Below, in pieces: positions 9,629 to 19,214 of a stretch of 33,825 nt of DNA. Location: positions 1-33,825 of the forward strand of contig JBLIGH010000001.1 of assembly GCA_047636855.1 (NCBI GenBank), given 5' to 3'. Source of the stretch: Pseudorhodobacter sp. (GTDB lineage Bacteria; Pseudomonadota; Alphaproteobacteria; Rhodobacterales; Rhodobacteraceae). The notes below the pieces were generated by a model. It saw only the letters and a program-made list of their open reading frames with translations, had not been told where the DNA came from and did no database searches. The position numbers and the translations under genes are program-made. Position 1 is the first letter of the stretch, and each line of letters opens with the position of its first letter.

Positions 9629-10387
9629 TCACACTTGAGCCTCGCCAAGATAGGCTTCGCGGACTTTCGGATGCACTTTGACATTCTCGGGCGTGTCCTC
9701 AACCAAGGGGGTACCCTGCGCCAGAACGGTGATCCGTTCGGCCATGCTGAAAACCACATGCATATCATGCTCGATGATAACCATCGTGATATCGCGCTCG
9801 GATTTAATCTTTTTGAGCAGCTCGATGGTGTCGTTGGTATCGGCCCGCGCCATGCCTGCGGTTGGTTCGTCCAGCAGCAAAAGCTTGGGGGACTGAACCA
9901 AACACATCGCCATTTCAAGCCGCCTTTTGTCACCACGCGACAGGTTGGCTGCAATCATATTGCGCTTTTCCAACATATCGACATCTTCAAGCATGGCCTC
10001 GGCCTGTTCGATGATCCCGCGTTCATTTGCAACGGTTTCGTAAGCGTGCATCCGAAACGAGCCATCGCGTTTGGCCAGACAGGGTATCATGACGTTTTCA
10101 ATCACGCTGAGGTCCTTGAAAATCTCGGGCGTTTGGAACACCCGCGAAATTCCCAGCTGGTTGATCTGGTGCGGTTTGCGGCCCAACACCGTCCGACCCT
10201 GAAAAGTAACAGTGCCTGTGTCCGGGACCAACTTGCCGACAAGGCAGTTTAGCAAAGTGGATTTTCCGGCACCGTTTGGCCCGATTATGGCATGAACTGT
10301 GTTTTCCTTAATCGACAGGTTAACGTTGTTCAGGGCTTGAAGGCCGCCGAACCGTTTGTTCACATCCTTGACTTCGAGAATTCCCAT
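9629..10387 (-). CDS. livG: Liv-type ABC transporter ATP-binding subunit (LivG-like)
   Basis: Motifs GPNGAGKST, LLLDEPTAGM, IEHDM and VREAYLG. Confidence 0.9.
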   Translation of the reverse strand: MGILEVKDVNKRFGGLQALNNVNLSIKENTVHAIIGPNGAGKSTLLNCLVGKLVPDTGTVTFQGRTVLGRKPHQINQLGISRVFQTPEIFKDLSVIENVMIPCLAKRDGSFRMHAYETVANERGIIEQAEAMLEDVDMLEKRNMIAANLSRGDKRRLEMAMCLVQSPKLLLLDEPTAGMARADTNDTIELLKKIKSERDITMVIIEHDMHVVFSMAERITVLAQGTPLVEDTPENVKVHPKVREAYLGEAQV

Positions 10388-10399
10388 TTGGTTCTCTTC

Positions 10400-11632
10400 C
10401 TATTCGGCAGGTTTCGACGGGGCACTTGGCGGGGCATTTAACGGGGCACTGGACGGGGTCGGAGGCACATCTTTCGCCTTCGTCCGTCGAAACAACCGAC
10501 CGATCCGTTGCCCCCCTTCAACAAGCCCACCCGGCAAGAAGATGACGACCAGCATGAACAATAGCCCAAGCGTCAGTTGCCAGCCTTTGCCAATGAAAGG
10601 ATACACCAAAGAGATAATCAAATCCTCTAGGCCATCGGGCAAAATCGCAAACCATTGGTGTAGGATTTGATCGTTGATCTTAGAGAAGATGTTCTCGAAA
10701 TATTTGATGAAACCAGCCCCGAGAACAGGCCCGATCAAGGTGCCGGCACCGCCCAGAATGCTCATCAAAACAACCTCGCCAGAGGCCGTCCATTGCATCC
10801 GTTCGGCCCCTGCAAGCGGGTCCATCGCGGCCAAAAGCCCGCCTGCAAGACCTGCATACATGCCCGAGATCACGAAAGCTGCCAAGGTGTAGGGCCGGGT
10901 GTTGATGCCGGTGTAGTTAAGCCGCTGCTGGTTTGATTTAACCGCCCGCAACATCATGCCAAAAGGCGACCGGAAAATCCGCACTGACAGGTAAAACGAA
11001 AGCAGCATTATGACCGCGCAGAAGTAATATCCGACCGAGAAGTTGAAAGACCAACCACTGATGTTGACCGAGACAACCTCGCGCATTTCGGCCCCGAAGA
11101 AGCTGGTAAGTGGCAGGCTGGTAATGGGTCCTGCCCCATCCAGAATGCGCGGATCATCCAAGGCCAATTGCAGCCCGGTTTCGCCATTGGTCAGCGGCGT
11201 CAGCACCGAATAGGCCAAGTTGAAGGACATCTGCGCAAAGGCCAATGTCAGGATCGAGAAATAGATCCCCGATCGCCGCAGCGAGATATAGCCAATGACC
11301 AGCGCAAACAGCCCGGCCACGATGACCGACAGAATGATCGCAGGCATAACATTCATCGACAACAGCTTGAACATCCAAACGGCCGAATAGCTGCCCACAC
11401 CCAGAAACGCCGCATGCCCGAAGGACAGATACCCGGTCAGCCCGAACAAAATGTTGAAGCCGATTGCAAAGATCGAATAGATCACGAACCTCTGCATCAA
11501 GTCTGGGTAGCCCGCATTAAACTGCGCCATTGCGCTGTCTGTTGGGAATGGGTTCAAGATGATCGGCGCACACAGTGTCATGAACGCTACAATCAACAGG
11601 AGGGTCGTGTCTTTTCGTTCGAGTCCGAACAT
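10400..11632 (-). CDS. livM: Liv-type ABC transporter permease (LivM-like)
   Basis: Motifs [26 protein letters not shown] and [11 protein letters not shown]. Confidence 0.9.
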   Translation of the reverse strand: MFGLERKDTTLLLIVAFMTLCAPIILNPFPTDSAMAQFNAGYPDLMQRFVIYSIFAIGFNILFGLTGYLSFGHAAFLGVGSYSAVWMFKLLSMNVMPAIILSVIVAGLFALVIGYISLRRSGIYFSILTLAFAQMSFNLAYSVLTPLTNGETGLQLALDDPRILDGAGPITSLPLTSFFGAEMREVVSVNISGWSFNFSVGYYFCAVIMLLSFYLSVRIFRSPFGMMLRAVKSNQQRLNYTGINTRPYTLAAFVISGMYAGLAGGLLAAMDPLAGAERMQWTASGEVVLMSILGGAGTLIGPVLGAGFIKYFENIFSKINDQILHQWFAILPDGLEDLIISLVYPFIGKGWQLTLGLLFMLVVIFLPGGLVEGGQRIGRLFRRTKAKDVPPTPSSAPLNAPPSAPSKPAE

Positions 11633-11635
11633 GGT

Positions 11636-12667
11636 TTACTCCTCCATCACGCCTCGGCGCCCCATTAGGCCGCGCGGTCGGGTCAACAAAATAACGATGG
11701 CAATCAGGTATATGATGATCTGGTCAATGCCTGGAAACAGGTTCTTGACCTCGTTCATTGACGCGAATGACTGCACAATTCCAAGCATCAGCCCTGCCAA
11801 AACGGCACCCGGCAAAGACCCCATGCCACCAACGACCACCACAACAAAGCTGAGCACAAGAAAGTCCATCCCCATATGGTAGTTTGGCGACAGGATCGGG
11901 GCATACATCGCCCCGGCCAAGCCAGCGACGGCAGCGGCAACGCCGAACATCAGCGTAAAGCGCTTGTCGATATCGATCCCCAAAAGCCCCACGGTTTCCC
12001 GATCTGCCATGCCAGCACGGACAACCATCCCAAATGTGGTGAACTGCAAAAAGGCAAAGATCGCCGCGATAATAACCGCCGAGAACGAGAAATAGACCAA
12101 GCGCCAATAGGGGTAGATGATCTGGTTGGCCTCGAAGCCCAGCCACTGACCAAAATCAAGGCTGCCACGAAAAACATCCGGCGCGGGCGCAGGTATCGGG
12201 TTGGCCCCAAAGAAGAGTTTTATGATTTCTTGCAACACAATGGCCAAACCGAAGGTCACCAAGATCTGATCTGCATGGGGCCGTTTGTAGAAATGCTTGA
12301 TCAGACCCCGCTCCATCGTGAAGCCGACAATCAGCATGACCGGGATGGCCAGAAAAATCGATAATGGCACCGACCAATCGATGATCGCTGCCCCCATTTC
12401 GGGCCCGAACCAAGCTTCGACATAGGGTGTCTTGATCTTGGCCGGATTGCCCAGAAAGTCGAGCTTTGTCGGGTCAATCGTCTCGAAGCTGATATTGAAC
12501 ACACGCGACAGGGTCACGGCGCAAAAAGCGCCGATCATGAACAACGCGCCATGCGCGAAATTCACAACACCCAACGTGCCGAAAATCAACGTCAGCCCGA
12601 GGGCGATCAGCGCATAAGCCGATCCCTTATCAAGACCGTTCAGAATTTGAAGGATTATGGCGTCCAT
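11636..12667 (-). CDS. livH: Liv-type ABC transporter permease (LivH-like)
   Basis: Motifs YALIALGLTLIFGTLGVVNFAHG and VVVVGGMGSLPGA. Confidence 0.9.
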   Translation of the reverse strand: MDAIILQILNGLDKGSAYALIALGLTLIFGTLGVVNFAHGALFMIGAFCAVTLSRVFNISFETIDPTKLDFLGNPAKIKTPYVEAWFGPEMGAAIIDWSVPLSIFLAIPVMLIVGFTMERGLIKHFYKRPHADQILVTFGLAIVLQEIIKLFFGANPIPAPAPDVFRGSLDFGQWLGFEANQIIYPYWRLVYFSFSAVIIAAIFAFLQFTTFGMVVRAGMADRETVGLLGIDIDKRFTLMFGVAAAVAGLAGAMYAPILSPNYHMGMDFLVLSFVVVVVGGMGSLPGAVLAGLMLGIVQSFASMNEVKNLFPGIDQIIIYLIAIVILLTRPRGLMGRRGVMEE

Positions 12668-12747
12668 GTGCCCCGTGCCTGACTAAAAGGTGGTGGTTTC
12701 GGTATCGTCTTTCGCAAAGGGAAAACCCCTGCACAAAAACGTCGACG

Positions 12748-12768
12748 GGCCGCATCCAAGATGCGGCC
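12748..12768 (-). terminator. Stem-loop downstream of the substrate-binding gene (mRNA stabiliser or partial terminator)
   Basis: Perfect 9-bp inverted repeat GGCCGCATC-CAA-GATGCGGCC, 20 nt after the SBP stop. This position is typical for ABC operons. Confidence 0.55.
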
Positions 12769-12788
12769 AGTGTGCTTTCAAAACCGGA

Positions 12789-14135
12789 TCAAGCGCCCGG
12801 GTTGCAATCGCCCAAGGCACCGCCAGCGAACATCGGATGATCCGGCGCATATGTAACCTGTGCGACCGGCGTCACTTCGACGATCTCAAGGTTGTCATAC
12901 TGGTTTGTCGGATCTTCTTTGCCCTTCATGACCAGCACGTCCTTGAAGCACTGGTGATCTTCGGCGCGGTACAGCGTTGGGCCATTGCCCATGCCATCGA
13001 ACTCGAAGCCTTCAAGCGCTTCAACAACCGCACAAGGGTTGAAGGATTTCGCACGGGTAACCGCATCGGCGTAAAGCAACGTCTGCACGTAGCAAGTATG
13101 CGCCGCGTTCGAGGGCGGGAAGCCATATTTTTCGCCAAACGAGCGCACAAAGGCTTGCGTGCCGGCATCTTGCAACTGCCAGTTCCAGTTCATGGAACCG
13201 TAAACGCCTTTGATGTTCTCACCAGCGCCAGCAGCCATCAGCTCGGAATACAGCGGAACGACGATTTCGAAGTTCTTGCCATTGACCTGCTTGTCACGCA
13301 GACCAAACTGTACGGCCTGTGTCAGCGAGTTCACCATATCCGCGCCGTAGTGGTTCAGCACCAAAACATCGGCACCCGAATTCAAAACTGGCGTGATGTA
13401 GGACGAGAAGTCGCCAGCGCCAACAGGCGTGCGGACCTTCTGAACCGTTTCCCAGCCGATGTCTTCGGTCGCCGCTGTGATCGATTCTTCTTGTGTCCAA
13501 CCCCAAGTATAATCGGCGGTCAGATGATAGGCGCGGCGATCCGTGCCATATGCTGTCTTCAGCACTGGTGCCAAAGCAGCACCCGACATGAAGGCGTTGA
13601 AGAAGTGACGGAAGCCATTGGCTTTGCGATCTTTGCCCGTCGTATCGTTAGAGTGCGTCAGGCCAGCCATGAAGATGATGCCAGCCTCTTGGCACAACCC
13701 CTGAACCGCAACCGCAACACCCGACGACGACCCGCCGTTGATCATCACGACACCGTCTTTTTGGATCATCGATTGCGCAGTGGCGCGTGCAACATCGGAT
13801 TTTGTCTGGGTATCGCCCGTTACAAAGTCGACTTTCTTACCCAAGATGCCTGTGCCATCCAGCGATTTTGACGAAAATGTATTCAGCATTCCGCCATCGC
13901 CGATGCCGTTCAGATGCTCAATGGCAAGTTGCTGCGCGCGCAGCTCGTCAAGGCCTTCCTCGGCATAAGCGCCCGTTTGCGGCACATTGAAGCCGAACAT
14001 GACACTGCTGCCCGCTGGTTCATTCGTAAATGCAGACGCTCGCGTGCTTGTAAAAATGGTCGGCAATGCCAGACCTGTGCCGACTAAGGCACCCGATTTC
14101 AACACGCCACGACGCGTGAAGTTCGATTTTGTCAT
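12789..14135 (-). CDS. ABC transporter substrate-binding protein (LivJ/K-like), Tat-exported
   Basis: TRRGVLK twin-arginine signal; motifs GGSSSGVAVAV and LTADYTWG; first gene of the Liv-type operon. Confidence 0.9.
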   Translation of the reverse strand: MTKSNFTRRGVLKSGALVGTGLALPTIFTSTRASAFTNEPAGSSVMFGFNVPQTGAYAEEGLDELRAQQLAIEHLNGIGDGGMLNTFSSKSLDGTGILGKKVDFVTGDTQTKSDVARATAQSMIQKDGVVMINGGSSSGVAVAVQGLCQEAGIIFMAGLTHSNDTTGKDRKANGFRHFFNAFMSGAALAPVLKTAYGTDRRAYHLTADYTWGWTQEESITAATEDIGWETVQKVRTPVGAGDFSSYITPVLNSGADVLVLNHYGADMVNSLTQAVQFGLRDKQVNGKNFEIVVPLYSELMAAGAGENIKGVYGSMNWNWQLQDAGTQAFVRSFGEKYGFPPSNAAHTCYVQTLLYADAVTRAKSFNPCAVVEALEGFEFDGMGNGPTLYRAEDHQCFKDVLVMKGKEDPTNQYDNLEIVEVTPVAQVTYAPDHPMFAGGALGDCNPGA

Positions 14136-14268
14136 AGTATCCTCCCGAAAATATTAGCGACGCAAGCCTCCTCAGCTCGCAGGTCACACTCAAGTTCTTC
14201 TTTCAGAGCCTGTTTAGCCTAGTCGATGTCGCAATATTTTCAATAACCCAATGTACTGTAATGGTTTT

Positions 14269-14288
14269 TTTGTAAAGACGTACACAAA
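14269..14288. promoter_or_regulatory. Candidate RamB/PccR-type operator
   Basis: TTTGTAAA-gacg-TACACAAA in the AT-rich divergent region resembles the PccR operator TTTGCAAA-N4-TTTGCAAA. Extra half-sites: TCTGTAAA (14301) and TTTGCAGA (14323). Confidence 0.55.
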
Positions 14289-14361
14289 TATAAGCGTTAG
14301 TCTGTAAAGTGATTATCTCGCGTTTGCAGAAAGCCTTTGAAATCCTATTAGGAATCCAGCA

Positions 14362-15684
14362 TTGAAACGCAATCTAACTGGCACCAGAATTCGCGATAAA
14401 CGCATAGAACGCGGAATGCGCCAGGTTGATTTGGCCGAAAAGGTCGGAATCTCTGGAACCTATATGAGTCTGATCGAGCGCAATCGCCGTAATATCGGTG
14501 GTAAGCTTTTGCATAATATCGCCCGCGCATTGAACGTTGAATGGGCCAGTCTTTCTGAAGGTGCAGAGAGTGCGCTGATCGACCATTTGCGGATCGCTGC
14601 GGCAAACCTTCCAGATCAAAAGACCGACACCACGAAGCTAGAAGCATTTGCAGGGCGCTTTCCAACCTGGGCCGCTTTGGTAGCCGAGCAATACCGCCGG
14701 ATTGCCTTTCTCGAGGCGCGCGTCGGCGAGCTGGCAGACCGGATGACGCATGATCCGCATTTGGCCAGTTCGCTTTATGAAATCATCTCGGCGGTCACCT
14801 CCATTCGCGCAGCAGCATCGATCCTTGTCGGACCTGAAAGTCTGGAGGGCGATTGGCAAAACCGGTTTCAAGCCAATATCCACGAGGACAGCATAAAACT
14901 GGCCGAGAGCAGCAGAACCCTTGCCAAGTTTTTGGAGGAACCGGGGGATCATGTCGGGAATATGCGGTCGCCACAGGAAGAGAAGCATCATTTTCTGGAC
15001 AGCCGCGCCCACCATATTTCAGAGCTTGAGGGCGCGAGCGACCCGGAAAGCGTGACAAGCGTGGTTGCCGGAAAAACCGGTGCAACAACCGATGCCGCCC
15101 GCGAGTTGCTAAGCGCCTGGCTTGAACGGTACCGTGCGGATGCAATTTTGATGCCGCTAACCCCGTTTCAAAAAGCAGCGCAAGACTGCCACTATGACCC
15201 GACGGTCTTGGCACGCATTTTCCACACCGATCTGGCCTCGGTCCTGCGCAGGCTAGCGGCCCTTCCGCCAGATGCAGGCCACCCACCGATGGGGCTGGCG
15301 ATTTGCGACGGCGCGGGGATGCTTACGCATCTGAAGCGGACGCCAGGGTTTTCGCTGCCAATCATGGGGTTTGCCTGCTCACTTTGGCCAATATTTCAGG
15401 TGCTAAGCCAACCCGGCTTTCCGGTACGGGCCGTCATTGCCCTTCCAGATTCAGGCGCTTCAAACTTTCTATGCTATGCGGTTGCACAACCGCTTGAGCA
15501 GCCGGGGTTTGATGAAATCCCGATCCACGAGGCGACAATGTTGGTTCTGCCAGACCCGCATGATACCGGGCTGGCAGCCCGCCCCATTGGAACATCCTGC
15601 CGGGTCTGTCCGCGCACGGTTTGTTCGGCCAGACGAGAACCCACAATTTTGAGGTCCTTGCATAAAGCGGACGCCAAAGCTTAA
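14362..15684 (+). CDS. XRE-family short-chain fatty acyl-CoA regulator (RamB/PccR/PrpR-like)
   Basis: N-terminal XRE HTH (ISGTYMSLIERNRRNIGG), ACSLWP, and C-terminal IGTSCRVCPRTVCSARREP cysteine motif. TTG start with AGGAA upstream. Confidence 0.9.
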   Translation: MKRNLTGTRIRDKRIERGMRQVDLAEKVGISGTYMSLIERNRRNIGGKLLHNIARALNVEWASLSEGAESALIDHLRIAAANLPDQKTDTTKLEAFAGRFPTWAALVAEQYRRIAFLEARVGELADRMTHDPHLASSLYEIISAVTSIRAAASILVGPESLEGDWQNRFQANIHEDSIKLAESSRTLAKFLEEPGDHVGNMRSPQEEKHHFLDSRAHHISELEGASDPESVTSVVAGKTGATTDAARELLSAWLERYRADAILMPLTPFQKAAQDCHYDPTVLARIFHTDLASVLRRLAALPPDAGHPPMGLAICDGAGMLTHLKRTPGFSLPIMGFACSLWPIFQVLSQPGFPVRAVIALPDSGASNFLCYAVAQPLEQPGFDEIPIHEATMLVLPDPHDTGLAARPIGTSCRVCPRTVCSARREPTILRSLHKADAKA

Positions 15685-15898
15685 CTCTTTCTGCCTTATA
15701 CCGACCTGCCCCAACCACCCCCGCATCCTGTGCGCCCGACGGCACTGGGCGGCTGCACTGCGGCGACATCCCTAAGGCGGGCTTCGCCGCCGGGGGTTGA
15801 TCGGTGTTAGTGCAGGGCGACTTCTTTTCTGGCCAGATGGAAACAAGGCCGTCGCATCCGGCGGGTTTGCACAGCTGAAGCAAAAAAGGAAATCTGGC

Positions 15899-16678
15899 AT
15901 GACAATCAAGGGAAAAGTAGCGCTCGTGACCGGTGCCGGTCAAGGAATTGGACGCGGCATTGCCCTGCGCTTGGCAAAGGATGGCGCTGATATCGCAATC
16001 ATTGACATCAATGCCGAAAAGATGGCCGACGTCGCTGCCGAGGTCAAACAACTTGGCCGCAAAGCAACCACCTTCAAGGCTGACGTCAGCAACCGAGCGG
16101 AAGTATATGCAGCGGTGGAGCATGCCGCAAAGACGCTTGGCGGGTTAGACATCATGGTCAACAACGCGGGCATCGCGCAGGTCGATCCGATCGCAGACGT
16201 TACACCCGACGATGTCGAGTTGATTTTGAAAATCAATATCCAAGGGGTTCTTTGGGGTATTCAGGCTGCCGGCGCCAAGTTCAAATCTTTGGCGCGTAAG
16301 GGCAAAATCATCAATGCCTCGTCGATTGCAGGGCATGATGGCTTCGCGATGCTTGGTGTCTATTCGGCGACAAAATTTGCCGTCCGCGGGCTGACACAAG
16401 CTGCGGCGAAGGAATATGCCAGCGACGGCATCACTGTGAATGCCTATTGTCCCGGAATTGTCGGCACAGATATGTGGGTTGAAATCGACAAACGGTTTTC
16501 TGAGCTGACCGGTGCGCCGATCGGCGAGACGTATGACAAATACGTCGGTGGAATAGCATTGGGGCGTGCGCAGACGCCTGACGATGTTGCCGCGCTGGTC
16601 TCGTATCTTGCGGGTCCGGATTCCGACTACCTAACAGGGCAATCGATCATTGCTGATGGCGGGATTGTTTATCGCTGA
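15899..16678 (+). CDS. budC: Acetoin/diacetyl reductase (2,3-butanediol dehydrogenase, SDR family)
   Basis: Motifs [34 protein letters not shown] and [22 protein letters not shown] before ATG 15899. Confidence 0.85.
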   Translation: MTIKGKVALVTGAGQGIGRGIALRLAKDGADIAIIDINAEKMADVAAEVKQLGRKATTFKADVSNRAEVYAAVEHAAKTLGGLDIMVNNAGIAQVDPIADVTPDDVELILKINIQGVLWGIQAAGAKFKSLARKGKIINASSIAGHDGFAMLGVYSATKFAVRGLTQAAAKEYASDGITVNAYCPGIVGTDMWVEIDKRFSELTGAPIGETYDKYVGGIALGRAQTPDDVAALVSYLAGPDSDYLTGQSIIADGGIVYR

Positions 16679-16848
16679 AACCACAGCGAATGACCCATTT
16701 GAGGGGTGATTGACGGCTGCGCGAATGCGGGCAAGTTGACCCAACCTTTGCGGCTGGCCCGTTAAACCACGGCGATTCTAAAGCCGAAGGAAAGGCGGTC
16801 AAAATTTCTGACGTGCCCCGTTCTGACGATTTTGTGCGCGCAGCCCCC

Positions 16849-16877
16849 TTGGCATTAAAAGAAACGCGCTCTAACAG
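16849..16877 (+). promoter_or_regulatory. Putative sigma70 promoter of queCDE
   Basis: TTGGCA-17 nt-TAACAG puts the predicted start at about 16883-16884, immediately before the riboswitch. Confidence 0.45.
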
Positions 16878-16884
16878 GGCACTT

Positions 16885-16919
16885 TCCGGTCGCAGCCTAC
16901 CCGGATAACAAAACAAGGG
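16885..16919 (+). ncRNA. preQ1 class I riboswitch (translational)
   Basis: TCCGG-TCGCAGCCTAC-CCGGA-TAACAAAACAAG-GG: a 5-bp P1, UCGCAG loop ending in C, and an A-rich tail ending in the SD 6 nt before the queC ATG. The layout is nearly identical to the T. tengcongensis preQ1-I aptamer. Confidence 0.9.
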
Positions 16920-16925
16920 TACAAA

Positions 16926-17627
16926 ATGAAAACGATTGTCATCTGCTCCGGCGGATTGGATTCTGTTTCGCTGGCGCATATGGTCGCCCAAGAACAGGTG
17001 CTGACCCGGCTGGTTTCTTTCGATTATGGCCAACGTCACCTCAAGGAACTGGACTATGCAGCCGCCTGTGCCGCACGTCTGGATGTGCCGCATGATATTA
17101 TCGATCTGCGCTCTATCGGGGCCGCCCTGACGGGATCGGCCCTGACCGACGACATCGCGGTGCCCGATGGCCATTATGCCGAAGAAAGCATGCGCATCAC
17201 CGTCGTGCCGAACCGCAATGCGATCATGCTGGCCGTCGCGTTTGGGGTTGCTGCGGCGCGAGGGGACCAAGCCGTCGCAACGGCGGTTCATGGCGGCGAC
17301 CACTTCATCTATCCCGATTGCCGCCCGGCCTTTACGCAAGCATTCGAACTCATGCAAAAGGCGGCGCTGGACGGCTATGCGGATGTGTCGCTTTACACGC
17401 CATTCGTCCATCGGACCAAGGCTGACATTGTCACCGAAGGCGCGCGCTTCAACACGCCGTTTGCCCAGACATGGTCGTGCTACAAAGGCCAGACACATCA
17501 TTGCGGGCGCTGCGGCACCTGTGTCGAGCGGCGTGAGGCGTTTCATCTGGCGGGCGTTGCAGACCCAACGGTCTACGAAGATCCTGATTTTTGGGTCAGC
17601 GCAATCGCAAGAAAGGACCTTGGCTGA
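16926..17627 (+). CDS. queC: 7-cyano-7-deazaguanine synthase
   Basis: Motifs SGGLDS, FDYGQRH, VPNRN, YPDCRP and TWSCY...CGRCGTC. Confidence 0.97.
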   Translation: MKTIVICSGGLDSVSLAHMVAQEQVLTRLVSFDYGQRHLKELDYAAACAARLDVPHDIIDLRSIGAALTGSALTDDIAVPDGHYAEESMRITVVPNRNAIMLAVAFGVAAARGDQAVATAVHGGDHFIYPDCRPAFTQAFELMQKAALDGYADVSLYTPFVHRTKADIVTEGARFNTPFAQTWSCYKGQTHHCGRCGTCVERREAFHLAGVADPTVYEDPDFWVSAIARKDLG

Positions 17628-17980
17628 TGTACAGGATCACCAAGGAATTTCACTTCTCAGCCTCGCATCAATTGTCGCATCTTCCCGCAGATCACCAATG
17701 TGCCCGGTTGCATGGTCACAATTATATTGTGGTGGTTGAACTGGCTGCGCCCAAGCTGAATGCGCACGGTTTCGTGCGCGATTACGGCGAGCTGAAACCG
17801 CTCAAAACCTATATCGACGACACATTTGATCACCGCCACCTGAACGACGTGATAGACACCGCTTCCACCGCAGAAAATATGGCGCGGCATTTCTATGACT
17901 GGTGTGCTGCGCGCTGGCCCGAGACAGTGGCAGTTAAAATCAGCGAAACGCCCAAGACATGGGCCGAGTACCGGCCATGA
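17627..17980 (+). CDS. queD: 6-carboxytetrahydropterin synthase
   Basis: Motifs [26 protein letters not shown] and SETP. ATG overlaps the queC stop (TGATG). Confidence 0.96.
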   Translation: MYRITKEFHFSASHQLSHLPADHQCARLHGHNYIVVVELAAPKLNAHGFVRDYGELKPLKTYIDDTFDHRHLNDVIDTASTAENMARHFYDWCAARWPETVAVKISETPKTWAEYRP

Positions 17981-18687
17981 GTATGCTGCGTATTGCCGAA
18001 ATATTTGGCCCCACAATTCAGGGCGAAGGCGCTTTGATCGGGCAACCGACTGTCTTTGTGCGCGCAGGGGGGTGCGATTACCGTTGCGTTTGGTGCGACA
18101 GCCTGCATGCGGTGGATTCAGCCTATCGTCAGACATGGGCGGCAATGACAACCGATACGGTCTGGTCCGAAATCACCCGTCTTTCCAAGGGCAAGCCGCT
18201 GACCGTATCATTGTCGGGCGGCAATCCGGCGATCCAGGATTTCACCGCGCTAATTGCGCGCGGCCATACCGAAGGTTACCGTTTTGCCTGCGAGACGCAG
18301 GGTTCCATAGCCAGGCCATGGTTTGCGGATCTTGATACTTTGGTGCTTAGCCCCAAACCGCCGTCCAGCGGCGAAACCGTTGATTGGGATGACTTCGATG
18401 CTTGCCTCGCCGCTGCGAAAGGTGCAGCCGCGGTCGTGATGAAAATCGTGATCTTTGATGCCCAAGACTACGATTGGGCGCGTACAACTGCCGACCGATA
18501 CCCCGCGCTACCGCTGTATCTACAGCCCGGCAATCTGGAGGTTGATCCGGCCGTTCCGGTCGATCCACAGGGCCTGGCCGACAGACTGCTGTGGCTGGTT
18601 GAAAAAACCATGGACGATGGGTGGTTTACCCCGCGCGTGCTGCCACAACTTCACGTTCTTCTTTGGGGCAACAAGCGCGGGGTCTGA
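17977..18687 (+). CDS. queE: 7-carboxy-7-deazaguanine synthase (radical SAM)
   Basis: Motifs [29 protein letters not shown] and PQLH. ATGA overlap with queD. Confidence 0.96.
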   Translation: MSMLRIAEIFGPTIQGEGALIGQPTVFVRAGGCDYRCVWCDSLHAVDSAYRQTWAAMTTDTVWSEITRLSKGKPLTVSLSGGNPAIQDFTALIARGHTEGYRFACETQGSIARPWFADLDTLVLSPKPPSSGETVDWDDFDACLAAAKGAAAVVMKIVIFDAQDYDWARTTADRYPALPLYLQPGNLEVDPAVPVDPQGLADRLLWLVEKTMDDGWFTPRVLPQLHVLLWGNKRGV

Positions 18688-18731
18688 CCCTTACTAGCAA
18701 GGCCGTTTTGTATGGGTGATTTGCCCTGAAA

Positions 18732-18795
18732 CCCCGGCTTGGCCGGCCCGCCGCTCGCCTATCTTGGCTTGAGTTTCGAGCCCGGCCAGCCGGGG
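18732..18795. repeat. Long imperfect inverted repeat between convergent genes
   Basis: CCCCGGCTTGGCCGG (18732-18746) pairs with CCGGCCAGCCGGGG (18782-18795), with one bulge. Confidence 0.55.
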
Positions 18796-18801
18796 CCAGG
18801 A

Positions 18802-19203
18802 TCACGCGGGGTCTGTCGTACCCGGGTCCAGCGGTGCCACCGAGGGTTCATCAGGCATCTGCGCCTGCACGGGTTCGGGCTCCGCTGGGGCCAAGACAGG
18901 CGGGGCCACATCGTAGGGCGGCAGGGTCACGGGCCCATCGGCCTCTAGGGTGATGGGCGCCGGGAACAGGGTTTCTTGCGGGGCATTGGCACCATGCGGC
19001 AAGATCAGCTGAAGCTGTACGCTGCCTGCAATCCGGCGCACATCCGACGCGATCCATGCACAGTTCAGCGTCTCGGGGCTAAGACTGCCACCCTCGGGCA
19101 GATCCGAGAAATCAAACAAGGTACCGTTGATCTCTAATATATCGCCCTTGCGGTTCAGTTGCAGGGTCTCGGCCATACGGACGGGGGAAAAACTGAGGTT
19201 CAT
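18802..19203 (-). CDS. Small phage tail-fibre-associated protein (possible assembly chaperone or tip protein)
   Basis: MNLSFSPVR...GDILEINGTLFDFSDLPEGGSL...LILPHGANAPQETLFPAPI resembles proteins that follow proteobacterial phage fibre genes. AGGAGA RBS; starts 11 nt after the fibre stop. Confidence 0.7.
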   Translation of the reverse strand: MNLSFSPVRMAETLQLNRKGDILEINGTLFDFSDLPEGGSLSPETLNCAWIASDVRRIAGSVQLQLILPHGANAPQETLFPAPITLEADGPVTLPPYDVAPPVLAPAEPEPVQAQMPDEPSVAPLDPGTTDPA

Positions 19204-19214
19204 GCGATATCTCC

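Noticed and set aside
12690-13871. 393-aa antisense ORF (also 31457..32629, 16647..17546, 4442..5362 and 8860..9681)
   Set aside because: Shadow ORFs opposite well-supported genes; expected from GC-rich codon bias and carrying no recognisable motifs.
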